Positions 13,100 through 25,911 of a stretch of 64,000 nucleotides of DNA are shown here, in pieces. Under the pieces are notes generated by a model, which was not told the origin of the DNA, did no database searches, and worked only from the letters and a program-made list of their open reading frames with translations. This stretch comes from Octopus sinensis (taxonomy: Eukaryota), in assembly GCF_006345805.1 (NCBI RefSeq), contig NW_021833817.1, forward strand, positions 20,311 to 84,310, read 5' to 3'. A program made the position numbers and the translations under genes. The number at the start of each line of letters is the position of its first letter. Within the stretch, counting starts at the first letter, position 1.

Positions 13100-13975
13100 T
13101 AAATTGGGTAAAGATTGTGTCGTCCGATCCCACACTGTTCTTATTTCTTGAGATTTTTATATTACCTTTCTCTCCGTAGTAACGAGACTAACTGCCAATA
13201 AAACGATCGACTTTACCTATTCTTGATACTCTTTTCCATTCTCAATTCCATAACCAAAAACCACTACGACGTGTTCTGTACAATTTCCACAATTAGGATT
13301 GTCGTGAACTCCTTAATTTAGAACATTCAGGATTACCTTTTCTATAAAGTTAAATTGATGACACTGAACCACGGATAGTTACAGTGATCGGTCCAATGTT
13401 GATTAGTGCTTTCATTAACTCGGATTCTGATGCAAATGTTTTGAATCCAGTCATTTTTACAACATTTTTTCTATATCTGCAAAACCAATTCTAAAGATTG
13501 ACATGGGATTGTACACCATGGGTTCATAAGGGTACATTTCTTCGGTATTTATGCCACCATATTCATTATGTACTGAAATACACTCAATATGGAGCCCCAT
13601 GTCCATGCGGCCAATCCAATACAGTCAATTACATTTTGCACGCTGAAGCTAACAAGTTTGCCGTATTTAATAACGGATTGGCCTTCAAAACTTTATAACT
13701 ACTAATTAATTAGTGTCCAATACAGCTCCAAATATAAAACAGGATTCACATTTTCCTTAATTCTTAACATCAGTGACAACATTACGATCCATCCAACTAA
13801 AGTTAACTGGGAAGTCATAATTATCTCCAAATTCCGGCTTGGAGCTAAATTCTTGAAATTCGCCTGAATGAGATTTTTTATGCATTTCTCCGAATTCCTG
13901 ATTAGTTAGAGAGGCGATGAAATACCATTTCTCCCTTCTTTCGTATTTCAAATTGTGTTGATCAATTAATTCGAG
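13100..13975 (-). pseudogene. Cathepsin L-like (papain family C1A) protease pseudogene
   Basis: FPVNFSWMDRNVVTDVKN*GKCESCF (stop at the conserved Gln, 13757-13759), EGQ..LVSFSVQNVIDC, GGINTEEMYPY, IGPITV, HVVVVFGYG; frameshifts; small introns retained. Confidence 0.8.
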
Positions 13976-14061
13976 GTTGCTTCGAAATGTAGCCCGTCTC
14001 CGACTCTTCCGTGTGGTTGATATTTTTTGTCTACAAAAGTTTGTTTAATGAACAACTAAAT

Positions 14062-14110
14062 CAGGGGTGCGCAAGTGCGGCCGTGAGTCGATGAATGTGC
14101 GGCCGTGGGC
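14062..14110 (+). mobile_element. hAT-type left terminus, partner end not found
   Basis: CAGGGGTGCGCAAGTGCGGCC..GTGCGGCC, typical of Charlie-like ends. Confidence 0.4.
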
Positions 14111-15096
14111 ACAATTAGGTCATCGAGCAACTAATCTTAAATACACCCCTCGACATTAAAATCCGGACAGTTAATAAATCGTCAGTTTTATTATCAATTT
14201 TATTAAATTAAAAACTTAAGCATGCTAATATCATCTATATTTTTTAATTTTATAATATTTATCCATAAATCTTTTTAAAATATTGAGAATAAAGCAAAAA
14301 CCGATTTTTCCAGACAAAAAATTCCGGACAAATGTCAAAAAATAAAATATCAGTCATTAATATGCTTTCCTCTCGATTTATATAACTCTAAACTACGAGT
14401 TTTCATCGAATCTATTAATTTTCGATTAAAATAAATTTGAATTTTATTCCAAATTTCTAATATTTTATATATTGTCATGAGTTTATTTTTTCATCGATGA
14501 AACATAACGAACCCATTCCAAAATATGTAAAGCATCCCGAGATCACAATTTTTCCGCCACCGCACTTAACAGTGGGTGATAATTTGAATTTTTGAATTCA
14601 TTTCCCCTTTTTCTGTATATTATTTTTCTTTTTGGTGCATAATAAACTTTAAAAGTACACTCGTCTGAAAAAATGATTGATCTCCATCCTTCATCATACA
14701 TACCAACGAATATTTTCGATATTTCATATCTTTTGAGTATGTTTTTTTACTTAACAATGGTTTTTTCTTTGCTACTCTTCCAAATAAAACATTCATGTTT
14801 AAATTGCAAAGTGGCTTAACAATGTCGAAGATTTACACTTTTTGTGTCGTGATAAGTCAACACTTCTAAACATTGCTTAACGTGTATAAAAATTTTGTTC
14901 GCCTTAACACAAATACCTTACATTTAAATTGGCTAAACTGCTTTGGCGGATCATTAAGGAGTTTTTGTGCTTCAAATATAAGAATAACATTCCTGATCGG
15001 GGAAACGGTACTGTTAGGTCAGCTACATGCCACTTTTTAGTGTTTAATTAAATACTAAATAATTATGGTCAAAAATTAAATTAATGAAAATTTTTT

Positions 15097-16178
15097 GTCA
15101 CAGTCCAGGGCTGCGAGACGCCAGGGCTGCGAGGTTTTGAAAATATTAATAATGTTTAAAAAAATTACATTTCTGAAGTTCTTTTGTTGATCTCTTCAAT
15201 AAATATCTGAAATTATTAATTTTTTCTTAATTATTTCAGAGATTGTGATTTCATGAAAACCAACATAACACCGAAATAATTGATTTAACGTAGCGTTTTT
15301 TGATTCTATTAAAAAATTCATGGAAAATGGTTAACCAAACTAATTTTTGCGACGAAATTTATTAAAAATATTAATTAAAATTTATAATATTAAACTTATA
15401 AGACTAAACTAACCGACAGCCCTACGGGCAGATCTTTCAGCTTGCTACTAGACCCTATGCGGCCTTCGGCCGCGGTATTTTTGATACCCTAACTTTCTAG
15501 AGAGGTATTTTTCCAAAACATTCTCTTGGGCTCAAAAAAATAAAAATCAAAAAATTAAGGAAATTTAAGTTATTACAACTTTTTTACCCTAACCTAACCC
15601 TACCCCTAACCTAACCCTAACTCTACCCCTAACCTAACCCTACCCCTAACCCAACCCTAACCCTACCCCTAACCTAACCCTACCCCTAACCCACCCCTAA
15701 CCTAACCCTACCCCTAACCTAACCCTACCCCTAACCTACCCCTAACCTAACCCTAACCCCTAACCTAACCCTACTCCTAACCTAACCCCTAACCTAACCC
15801 TACTCCTAACCTAACCCCTAACCTAACCCTACCCCTAACCTAACCCTAACCTAACCCTACCCCTAACCTAACCCTTAAATCAACAAGATCTATAAGCTTC
15901 CTCGATACAAAAGAATCGCAACTCTCGACCATTTTTAGCAATGTAGGCTGCGGAATTCTTGAAAGTGAAACTTTCAGCATATCGCTTGATTTTTTTCAAG
16001 TGTTAATTCCACTAGAACCATTTTTATAATTAATATTTAAATTAAAATTATATAATAAGTTTTATTTTTTTATTATTAATAATTTTTTCCAATGAAAAGT
16101 TTTCTAAAAAAAATATTTTTTTTGCATTTTAAGCATTGACCTCGCAGCCCTGGACGGCTCGCAGCCCTGGACTGTGAC
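15097..16178. mobile_element. Non-autonomous TIR element (MULE-like by inference) carrying a telomere-like array
   Basis: About 38-bp TIRs GTCACAGTCCAGGGCTGCGAG(A/C)CG(T)CCAGGGCTGCGAGG at 15097 and, inverted, ending 16178; ATTTTTT on both flanks (possible TSD). Confidence 0.8.
15586..15875. repeat. Interstitial telomere-like array, 17-mer CCCTAACCTAACCCTAC with variants
   Basis: About 290 bp of mixed CCCTAA, CCTAA and CCCTAC units seen directly. Confidence 0.92.
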
Positions 16179-16837
16179 ATTTTTTAACGGAAAAGGTTAG
16201 ATGCTAGCTTGGGTAGATGGCTGAAAGAGTTTTTAGGGTGGTAACCTCCTTTGTAAGATTAAATTAATGTTAAGTAACACAACATATTGGATCTCTGCTG
16301 AGGCGGAAAACATTGTTATGAGAAGATTTGACAGCTTTATGTGACATGAGTTTAGAAATCCTTAATCAGCAAGTCGTTCCATCATCCTCATCACTACTTT
16401 TGTCAAAAGAACAACTCCCGCATTAGAATGAGACAAACTCTGAGTAAAACGTTCACAAATTCTAAATTAGTTCCACGTCTAAAGTGGGTACGTCCGATCA
16501 ATTAAACTTAATTAATAAACAAGTTAAAACACCTTTCGTTATGTTCTATCTACATTTGTTTGAATTGAAAGTGAAACACGTTAATTAATGAATTATTTTC
16601 TTCTTATTATAAATTATTTAAAAATTGTTGTAATATAAAAAGCATCATATTTTTTTTATAAATTTGGATTTTTCTTGACGTTATTCGCATTTATCATTTA
16701 TTTATTTTTATTTCATAAAAAATGTAAATAATTTTTTGCCGGCATACCATATTTACCCAGATAAAATATTAGCATAACTTTGTCTTCAGTTTGTCATGTC
16801 GGGCCAGTGTTTGTTTGTAAGGAATCAAGATGAATAA

Positions 16838-17125
16838 TTGAGATGTAAACTCAATAATAGTGATGTCGATCTTCTCAAACATAAGAAGTATCGACTCAAA
16901 AAAGCAGAAAATTTTCCAATTAAAGAGTGGAAACTATATCTTAAAAATGTAAATGGCCTACACAAGCTTTTAATTGCTTCCAAGAGCTTGGAAGAGATGA
17001 AAATAATTGCATGTGAAATTTATGAAACCAATCATTATGGACATTTGGAACCCTTTGTTATATTGAGACGACAGATCATTAGCCAAGTTGTTAAAGAATC
17101 CAATATCTGCAATTTTCAGTTCTAA
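16838..17125 (+). mobile_element. Ginger-like integrase transposase N-terminal fragment (third subfamily)
   Basis: KKAENF..LYLK..HKLLI..NHYGH..ILRRQIISQVV..CNF aligns with KKAESF..LYLK..NHCGH..IKRDIIREVVSNCDVC at 45696-46156. Confidence 0.65.
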
Positions 17126-17759
17126 TGAAACAATATGATGATTCAACAAAGATAAATTTGAATTCAACTTCCTAAAAATCAAATTAGATTCTCCGTATAA
17201 TAAAAAAATAAACAGAAAGTGAATTTATAACAATATAAATTAAACATTGGAGATATAGTCTTTATTTTATAATTAGTTATAGGATTCGGATTCAAAACAG
17301 GACAGGAGTTCAGATTTTTCAGCTCTTATTTTATAGGTTTTCTGAGAAATTGAGCTATATTATCAATAAGCGAATTTTAACGCATATACTTTCTACAAAT
17401 ATTAATTTTTTTGAATAAATAAAAATATCTGATTATTTCATCAGCGTGTTGTTTTAATGTTACTGTTTTCGAACGTTGATTATTATTATTAAAACCACGT
17501 TCATAGAACCAAAGAATGTAAATTAACTAAGGTCCTGTTTGGGTCACACGTTAATCCACGAACGTTGATTCACGCCAAAGTGAACAGATTATTCGAAACG
17601 AAAAATAGTTAAATTGTTCCCATTCAATTAATAAGTTAATTCAATTTAAAGCATCTTTTTAATGATATTTTTAGAGAGAGTTTATTCTAGTTAATTCCGA
17701 TTTTTTTACTGGAAAATTTTATTTAAAAAATTAAGCCGGAAACGACAGCTATTCCGATT

Positions 17760-18190
17760 TGTTGGAACAATTATAGACACTTCCAAGGCTCCACACAACT
17801 TTTCCTCTAACTTTTTGATTAAAAAATTCGTTAGAGGGGCAGTTTCCCCTGATATCTCCAAGCGATAGGAAATATGCGATATCATTGTTCAAGATTTGGA
17901 TATTTGAAAATTTTTTTCTCCAACATCTGCTACAAAACCCGGAGAAACACCCAAAGAAATAATGTTAGTTTTGGAATTGGTGTCAACACACTTTGAATTT
18001 AAAATCAACGATTTCCCACAAAAGTAAGGAAAAATTGTCATCCCATCGGGTCTTTTCCCATCTCCACAATCTATGTCCACTGACTCTAGCACCAGGGGGA
18101 AGCCCGCTGACTCAAGAATTTGTAAGATAACATTGTTAGCAGCGGAGTGCCGAGAAGCTCGACCATAATGATTTGTTTGATATCCATAAT
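17760..18190 (-). mobile_element. CRE-like RLE fragment
   Basis: SAGFPLVLESVDIDCGDGKRPDGMTIFP. Confidence 0.75.
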
Positions 18191-18479
18191 GATTTAGCGC
18201 AAAGTTTTTTTATTTGAAATTAATTAATTTGTTTAAATAACTAGAAATAAATAATACTAAATTTTCGTTTCAAATCGAGGTTTTTATTTAAAAGTTGACT
18301 CCGAGGTTTGTTCTAAATAAAAATCGGACTGTATGATTTTTATAATATTCTGAAACTTTTTTTATTATTTAAAATCATTTAACAACACATTTATTAATTT
18401 TTATAATTAAAGTATGTCGGTTTTTACCGTGGAGTTGGTGTCTAAAAAAAGTATGTCCCAAAAACTTGATATCTTTTTT

Positions 18480-18720
18480 TCTTAATGATAGTGTTATTGT
18501 GTCACACTTAGGCTTTGCAAATAACTTCAAAACGGACCTACGAAAAAATAAGATGTCTATTTCGCCAACATGTTTCTTGGGACCGTTTCATGTCATGCAT
18601 AATTTGCAACAAGAAAAATTAGTGGCATGGAGATTCTTATATCGACAAATTACTCTATCAAAGCCGATGTCTACCAAATTATTCGAGCTTATCCTTGCCA
18701 GAAGCACTTAAAGAACTGTC
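18480..18720 (+). mobile_element. Possible MULE transposase remnant
   Basis: Weak CFLGPFHVMHNL resemblance to the MULE CxxH region only. Confidence 0.25.
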
Positions 18721-19039
18721 TTTGTGTTTCAATGAGGCATGTCAAGCTATATTAATACAGTTAGGGTCTACCCTGACCGTCATCTACCGAATATCCTAAA
18801 TATCACGTAAAGTGAGGACACAAGAAAAATTGTGTTCTTATTTGCAAAAAGACAGGTTGACTATGACAAGAGGCGAAGAATTCGACTATATCATATCGTT
18901 TGAAAGAAGCTGGCAGTCAATCACATAAATTTCTGGAATTTAAAGAATGCAAATTATTTATCAAAAGTAGGACAATTTTGTAATAAAGAAAAAAATTGAT
19001 TAAAACTTATGATTTTCAGTTAGAACTATTGAATAAATT

Positions 19040-19320
19040 ATCTTCAGAGTTAAATTATATGTAAATCGATGCACTCCCATCTTTTTATTCGTATTTCTAC
19101 AATAAATGATTGATCCAAGGGCGGATACGGACATCAGCACGTTCTCGAGCGAGAATGAGTACACACACGTAACGTCCAAGGTAAGTGGATTCCTTTTGTT
19201 GAAGGGAAACACAGTAATCCCGTCCGTTCTCTCCCGTTCCCCGATCGATCCCAGTGGGTTCGAGTATGGAGGGGATTCAGACGACTTCCAAGGCTCTCCT
19301 GAGATCATTTAGAGCCAAAC
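19040..19320 (-). mobile_element. CRE-like RLE fragment
   Basis: NPLGSIGERERTDGITVFPF..LTLDVTCV. Confidence 0.68.
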
Positions 19321-19459
19321 GATGTTGATCGAGGGATGTGTGAAAATAAATAACGACCTAGAAAAAAGAGAATGTTAGGAGGTGATGATTCAAAACCAAC
19401 ATTCTTACAGAGTTGTTTCTTAAGAATAGTTAGATTGCTTTCACTCAACTTTTCATACA

Positions 19460-20140
19460 ATAAATAAAATAAACAATCAAGTCACAAACGGAGACAAAGT
19501 CTGATCTAGTAATTTTTTATCCAAGAGGGATCCGAGAGAAGCCAAAGCGGTGTTCAACCTGCTAGAGCAAGTTTATTGATTTTATTTCTTGTACGCTGAC
19601 CGCAAAAAACCATTTTTTCGAAATATCTCGCACTTTCACCGTGAAACTAAAAACTTTAATTAGGCTAATTATAAAAAAACAATTTAAACACATTTTAGTA
19701 AATAAGTTATGTTTTTTATTAATAAAGAAATCCGTTATTGTTTTTTTGATTACATATTTAGGACTTTAAATTTTCCACAAACTCAGAAGGTCTCTGTCCA
19801 CCGTAACCAGGAAAGTATTTTTTTGACGTCCATTGAAACGAGGGCCGTCAGGTTTGAAATAGTCCTCCATAGCGGTGTTTGGTCACGGAGGACATAGTCA
19901 AAATCTTTCGACATGTCAATACCGAAGATGGTCCTAGCTCTTTTGAATTTCTGTCGAATGATGCATCGCCATCTGTGAGTTCAAACAATATCCGCAATGG
20001 ATCTTCTCACCCTGAATCCGATTTAATTCGGCACCAGATATTCATTAACACTCGCATTTATGCGACGTAGTACAAGTAGCAATAAGAGTTTCCTCAAAGT
20101 GATCAGAAGTATAAAAGGCCGGAGATTTTGTTGGCTTTTT
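19460..20140 (-). mobile_element. RTE-clade reverse transcriptase fragment
   Basis: NLRPFILLITLRK..GFRVRRSIADIV..GIDMSKDFD (RT motifs 1-3) with stops. Confidence 0.7.
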
Positions 20141-20752
20141 GTATTTTTTCGAGGGTGTCTCGATTTAGTTCAACTATAACCATTGATTAATTCTAATCTT
20201 TTCAACTTTTCAGAACTTTTTATTGATAAGTCTTTATTTTTTATTGTCAATATTTTTTTGCAATGAAATGTTTTTACGAAAAATATTTTTTTGTATTTAA
20301 ATAATTGATATGACCGATCTGACGCCCCGGCCGGTCTTGACGGTGACAATGTATTTATACTAGTTAATTAAAAGGGGTTTATGTTCGTTGTTGTAATTTT
20401 TTCCAATAAAAAATTTTTAAACTGTATTTGTTAATGTATATTACTTTGCACTTATTTTCTGTCAAGATGAAAATGGGTAGACTGACAACTTGCTGATTTT
20501 CTTCAATGTTAGAATTTCCTAAAATTGGATGTTTGAGGATGCAAACCTACAGCCAAATGTCGAATTGTGAATGTGATTTTTGAATCTATGTTGCATATTT
20601 GAAAATCCATGATTACAGATAGTTTCTTTTTAATAATTTGAACTAAATATTTAAGCCAATTTATTTGTTGGTTTCGATTATTTCCACTTCAAATATATAC
20701 TTTACTGTATCTGTCTTCTACCACTCCCAATGAACAATATCTATTTTACTCA

Positions 20753-20982
20753 TTTTTGGTTTTAGACGAGCTGTAAAAAGCGCATATAATTAATTCGCGG
20801 CTGACGACATAATCGAATAGGCATTGCCGCGAACAACGGCCAAACCTATTCTTTGTCGAAGCCATGTGGGGTCCCTCCAGTCGTTTTTTTTATATGAGCG
20901 ATTTACTCCGATTTCTTTAAGGAATGAATTTCAGCCGCGAATTAATTATATGCGCTTTTTACAGCTCGTCTAAAACCAAAAA
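20753..20982. repeat. 230-bp foldback with perfect 52-bp inverted arms and a nested hairpin
   Basis: 20753-20804 is the reverse complement of 20931-20982; inner stems CGACA/TGTCG, GAATAGG/CCTATTC and GCCG/CGGC at 20805-20858. Confidence 0.88.
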
Positions 20983-21699
20983 AAAAAATTTACTTCATTT
21001 ATTAATCTGACACCATTCCTCAATTGTCGCTGATTTATCAAAATGATTTTCCAAACCATTCAGTTTAAAGTAAATAAAAAACTAAGAATGTCCTTGTTTA
21101 ATCAATAAATGTGTAATTTTTTGTCATACGGTATTTATGCACTGGATTCCGTCCTCTATGCCCTCTGAAGCCCAAATCTAGTTCCAAGAGAGTATATAAC
21201 TCACATGGACAATTTATATGAGTCCCGTCCATTTATTGACCAAAAACAAATATCAGGCAGGCAATGAAGGCGAATTCCCACGCAGGCCTAAATGGGGAAA
21301 ACGGTGCTCATGTAATATTCCAAATCAAGTTTAGTCCGTTAATCACATGCGTCGGTCATATACCGCCGAAAATGGGGTCGACAACGGAATTGGCAACTGT
21401 TTTGGCGCCAGCGGGAAACATTTGATAATCTCCGTATAATTTTTTGTGAATTTTTAAAAAGTCCCCCAAAACACTATTGTTTGGCATTGTAGAAAAATTT
21501 TGACCTAATTAGTTCGAGACAACCGTTTTTTATTGCCGCCCACAGAGAAAGTGGCGAAAACGAGAACCGCGCTTTCCGCTCTTCGGTAACCAGGACGCCG
21601 AAAGTGGCAGAATATGGAAGGGTGGGCAAAGCCATTGATTTGAAGTTGGAACTTAAACTAATGGCAGATGTTAGCTTGGTTTCTTATCTTTATTTATTT

Positions 21700-22300
21700 A
21701 TTAGAACCAAAAACACCGTCATAAGCATAATTAACTATTTCAGGTGATCCTAGCCTCTTTTAGAAACCTTCGCATCTTTTCTCTGTGTTCTACAACGCAT
21801 TGTCTAAGAGGTCGGGGAGTAAAGGTTAGAAAGTTGTCAAAGGTGATTTTCGTCAATACGTTTTCCGTATGGGGAGTAAAGATTAGAAAGGTGTTAAAGG
21901 TGATCCCTAGTATCTTTAGAGTTTTATTTTGAGGAATTGATTTCCCTTCCATAGTCACATTTATCGACAAATTCCACAGTCTTTTGTTAGTTAGCTCAGA
22001 CTTTTTTGGGCCTGCTTTCAACAGATTGGCATTGAGCCATATACCCAGGTTATATATATTATTCTATAATCTTTTTGTAGCTTCGCTGACAAATATATCC
22101 CTCGATGCAACGATTATATCATCCGCATATGAAGAGGCATATCGTTCAACATTAGGTTGAATAATACGGGGGATAGGGGGAACCTTGTGGCACTCTATTC
22201 GGTAGTAGCCTCGATGCAGATCCTCGATTGCCCTTGTAGACTCTATCCCGACGTCCATTTAGAAAATGGGCAAGCCATAGTTTTAAGTTTGGTTCCATAT
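21700..22300 (-). mobile_element. I/Jockey-group LINE RT fragment
   Basis: WLAHFLNGR..VPQGS, YADDI, TLKILGITF motifs with frameshifts. Confidence 0.7.
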
Positions 22301-23520
22301 TCAACAAGTAAATTTTCTGCGTAAGAATTTTTCTATCAATGTATGATCCTGCAACTATAGATGTGACCAATTGAACGAGGCCAAGGGAAATTGTCGCTAT
22401 TGAGGCAGTCATGCGAATAACTCCGGCCATTAAAAATATTGATGTAGAATAAAAAATAACCTATTATATTGAGAAGATATTAACGCTGTTGATCCCGGAA
22501 AATTGCTGAGAGATGTGAAGAGTTAAAGCAACACCGAGTGATTTTCGCGCATTTTTATCAACCAGTAAATCCATAAATGTGGCCTAATTGAAGTCAGCGG
22601 ATTTATTTTTACTTTGGAAACATTGACAAGAGTTTTTTCTTCACATATCTCAATAATTTCATCATCGACATTATCATTACATAAAAGTCTTTTTAGTGCT
22701 CAAGCAAAAAATAAAATGAATCAAACAATTTATTGCCCCATCTTTGTCGTTTTTTCCAAAAACAAGATAGTATGGAAATGGAGGACAGAAGGGTAGAATT
22801 ATTACAAGTAAAATTGCAGTCGTACTACTAAAAGCTAAAAATAATTAGTGGAAATGACAAGCCTAAAAGAATTGGCAATAGATTTGTTGTTCCTAATATA
22901 GATTCGAGCCCAAGAGTTTGTGAGATCACAATCCCGACAATTATCATCACTTGATTAAAAGAGCTGAAGAAGCCTTGTTTGCATGGTGGGGATATTTCAT
23001 TTATATATAAGGGAACAACAGCACTAAATATTCCTGTAAGAAATATAAGCAAATTAACAACCACAGCCAATTCCAGTAACGAATCTCCCGATTACAAGAG
23101 CGAAGTATGAGTTCAGCATTAATGTAGCTCCTTGTGAGCTTTCTCCTAGGATTGAAATTAACGCTGCAAGTATTAAACACTTTCGTCTAAGAAGTTAATA
23201 CAGATTTAACTATACTGACCGTCCAAACTTGTAAGCAATTTGGCAACCACTTAAACCTCCAATCATTCCACCAACACAAAAAGTAGATACTGCTACAGAC
23301 CAGCAAAGAATCACAGAAAATTTAGTGATTTCAAAGTGATATCGTTCTTTTAGATTAGTTTCTATAAATTTGATTATTTTCCAAGAGTTTGTTATATAGA
23401 AAATACTGCTTGTGGTTGGTTAAGAGCTCCTAGCTAGTATCCAAATTGAAATGAGCCGCCCAATACAGTAATGGCAACTGTATAAATTAATGTATTGCTG
23501 TAAAGAGGTTTCTTAGAAAA
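22300..23520 (-). pseudogene. SLC2A/GLUT-family sugar transporter pseudogene, 3'-truncated
   Basis: GGSFQFGY*LGALNQPQ (TAG at 23434-23436), WSVAVSTFCVGGMIGG, VPLYINEISP, SQQFSGIN, IFYSTSIF; fused to LINE RT after DRK; small introns retained. Confidence 0.85.
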
Positions 23521-23864
23521 TTCATTAAAAATCAATTACATTAAGATTTTCTATTAAATTAGCAGATTCTGTCATATTGAAAGAATTTAAAACAATCAAT
23601 ACAATCGACAATTGAAATTTAAATATATAAAAATAAAAACCATTAAAGAAAATAACAAAAATTAATATTTTTTGCATGGGTTGATATAAAGAAAGTTTTT
23701 TATTCGGGTAAGCATTAATTTCTTATTGAAGTCCTAGAAAAAAAAGTATTGAAGTCCTGGAAAATTCGGAACTACTTGAATATATATCTAGATGTATCAT
23801 TTATTTAATTTTAAACTAAAAATTTCAGTTCAGACTCAAAAAAACAGCTGGAAATTAAACAAAG

Positions 23865-23990
23865 CAGGAAATTGAAAGGACATTCGATTGTGTCGATAAT
23901 CTCGACCCAAAATGTCAAAATCAGAGTTGACACGTCAATCATGACTGAAACAAAAATCCAATTCAATAAACCTGACATTTTTGTGGGCAT
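23865..23990 (+). mobile_element. R4-like RLE micro-fragment
   Basis: VKIRVDTSIMTETKIQFNKPDIFV matches VKIRVDTNLQTDNAIPNKKPDIFV of ORF 10863-11276. Confidence 0.58.
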
Positions 23991-24514
23991 TATTTCACAA
24001 GATCGTTTAAAGCAAATTGAAGTGGAATTTCATAAATAGGACCTTCTTCCAAACGAACTGTCGATCCTCCACGAAGTAAAAGTAAAGATTATTACAATTG
24101 TCTTGACATAAGATAACTGACCTCTCATCCAGATAGATACAGTCAAAAATTACAAAGAATACATCTGCTTTATCTGAAGGACCAAACAGTAGGAATTTCG
24201 TGGGATGACACAAAGCACATAATAAAGAAAGCAGCAAACCTGTACCTAGATACGCGAGAAAAGGCCAGTACGGATCGGACGGTACATGCAGACTAGCAAG
24301 AGAGTTAAAAGAAATCTATAGCATTTGGGTAATTGACTGCTGCATCTGTCAAGCGAAAACTGTTGGTGTTGAAATTATTCAGAGAATTTTTAGAGCAAGG
24401 CAGTATTTGTCGCAAAAAGCTCTTTTGAAATTAATGTAAAGTAGGTCAATGTTAGATTCTCGAGGGGGCACATAATAGAGATATTGGCCTGTATTATCCT
24501 GGTTCGTTACTCCC

Positions 24515-25620
24515 CCTCCCAGGTTTTAAGATTGTAGGATTTTATATTGTTTCCATAAATTTGAAATACTATTTTCATTTACTGACTGATTGTAGATGGC
24601 CGTTAATACCGTGATAGCTACAGGGCCTAGTTTCTTGAACAGAATCATTGGTATTCCGTCTGGACCACAGGAAATTGTATTCTTTATGTGTTGGATTACC
24701 ATTGTGACTTGATCAGGTAGAAAAGGGGTTGATAAATGTCCCTTTTTTGATTTTCGCATAGAATTTCGCCATATTCAGTGTCCTTATTCTCTTAGTTGGT
24801 TCTTTGGTTAGAAATTTTATGCGTTTGAGGAAGTTTTTTTCCTTTATCAGTTTGATAATAATTTCCTTCCCTCGATTATCACTTTATTGAGGTATTGGGC
24901 TGCCCTATCAAGGAAGTTGGGTCCCGAATAGAATGTGGAAAGTTTCTTATCGACGTATTTCTTATAAGCCGACCATTTTGCATTATTGTAATCGTAGTAA
25001 GAATCATATTTCTCTCGGGTCATTGGAGAACAGTTTATCCGTATAATGATTGGATTGTGATCACTCTGTAAGTCATAGTTTACCGTCCAAAAATAATTGG
25101 TGCTAATTTCGGGGAACACAAGGTTAAGTCTGGGGATGTGGTCGATTCTTTTTCGTTATATGGCGTCCTTGTATTTTTCTTTGGATCGTTCATAATGGAC
25201 AGTCTCTTGAATTGGGAAATAATGAGGTTTCCTCTCGCATCCGCCGGTTGTTTCTGAAACCAATGAGGGTGCTTGGCATTAAAATCTCCGGAAAGCAGTA
25301 AGTTGTCCACATTATCAAGGCTAGACAGATCGACAGTAAATCCTTTGGGCATGACCCCGGTAGGGGAATATATAAGTTTCCAATAGTAATAATTCCATTG
25401 GAGGTATGAATAGTAAGCCCCATGACTTCAGAGTTAGCATCTTGTGCCAGTTTTGTAAAGATTTCATTAGTTTTTGTGAATGCAATTCCCTTCCTGACAA
25501 GGGTCCAGAAGGAGCTCCTTCATTACTATTGGTTCTTTTTGAAAAACAAGATGTAACTTATTTATCTCAACTTGGTGCAGTGAGTGAAGTTTGTTCATAT
25601 AAATGCACAAATAAGGGTCA
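24515..25620 (-). mobile_element. I/Jockey-group LINE: APE endonuclease and RT start, decayed
   Basis: ITIGNLYIP, LSGDFNAKHPHW, TSPDLT, SDHNPI, CGPDGIP motifs. Confidence 0.8.
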
Positions 25621-25656
25621 CTAATCTAACCTTACGTACCTTACATAGTGAGGTTG

Positions 25657-25911
25657 TGATCACCCAACCAAAGAAAAACTGTGATCTTGTCGCTTAACCA
25701 AACTACACAACCTACCTTGGCTCGCCAGTTAATGCCCACCTAACCAAAACAAGACTGTGATCTATACCGCTTAACTAGACTAGGTAACCTACCTTATCGA
25801 GTCAGTGAACTAGAAAGGGTCACCTAATCAAAGAAAATCTGCAACCTGTGACGCTTAGTTACTATAAGTTACCTACTTTAGCTAGCCAATTAATGATCAC
25901 CAAACCAAAGA
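25657..25911. repeat. Three-plus degenerate 75-85 bp tandem monomers upstream of the LINE
   Basis: Recurrent CACC(C/T)AA(C/T)CAAA..CTG..CGCTTA..ACCTAC(C/T)TT..CA(G/A)T pattern. Confidence 0.55.

Noticed and set aside
15586-15875. True chromosome end or telomere fusion
   Set aside because: Array is short, single-orientation, heterogeneous and enclosed by TIRs.
13757-23436. TAA/TAG reassignment to Gln suggested by stops at or near Gln positions in cathepsin L and GLUT
   Set aside because: TAA and TAG end transposase and RLE ORFs at expected C-termini, VRK has no internal TAR, and the same genes have frameshifts; C-to-T decay explains it.
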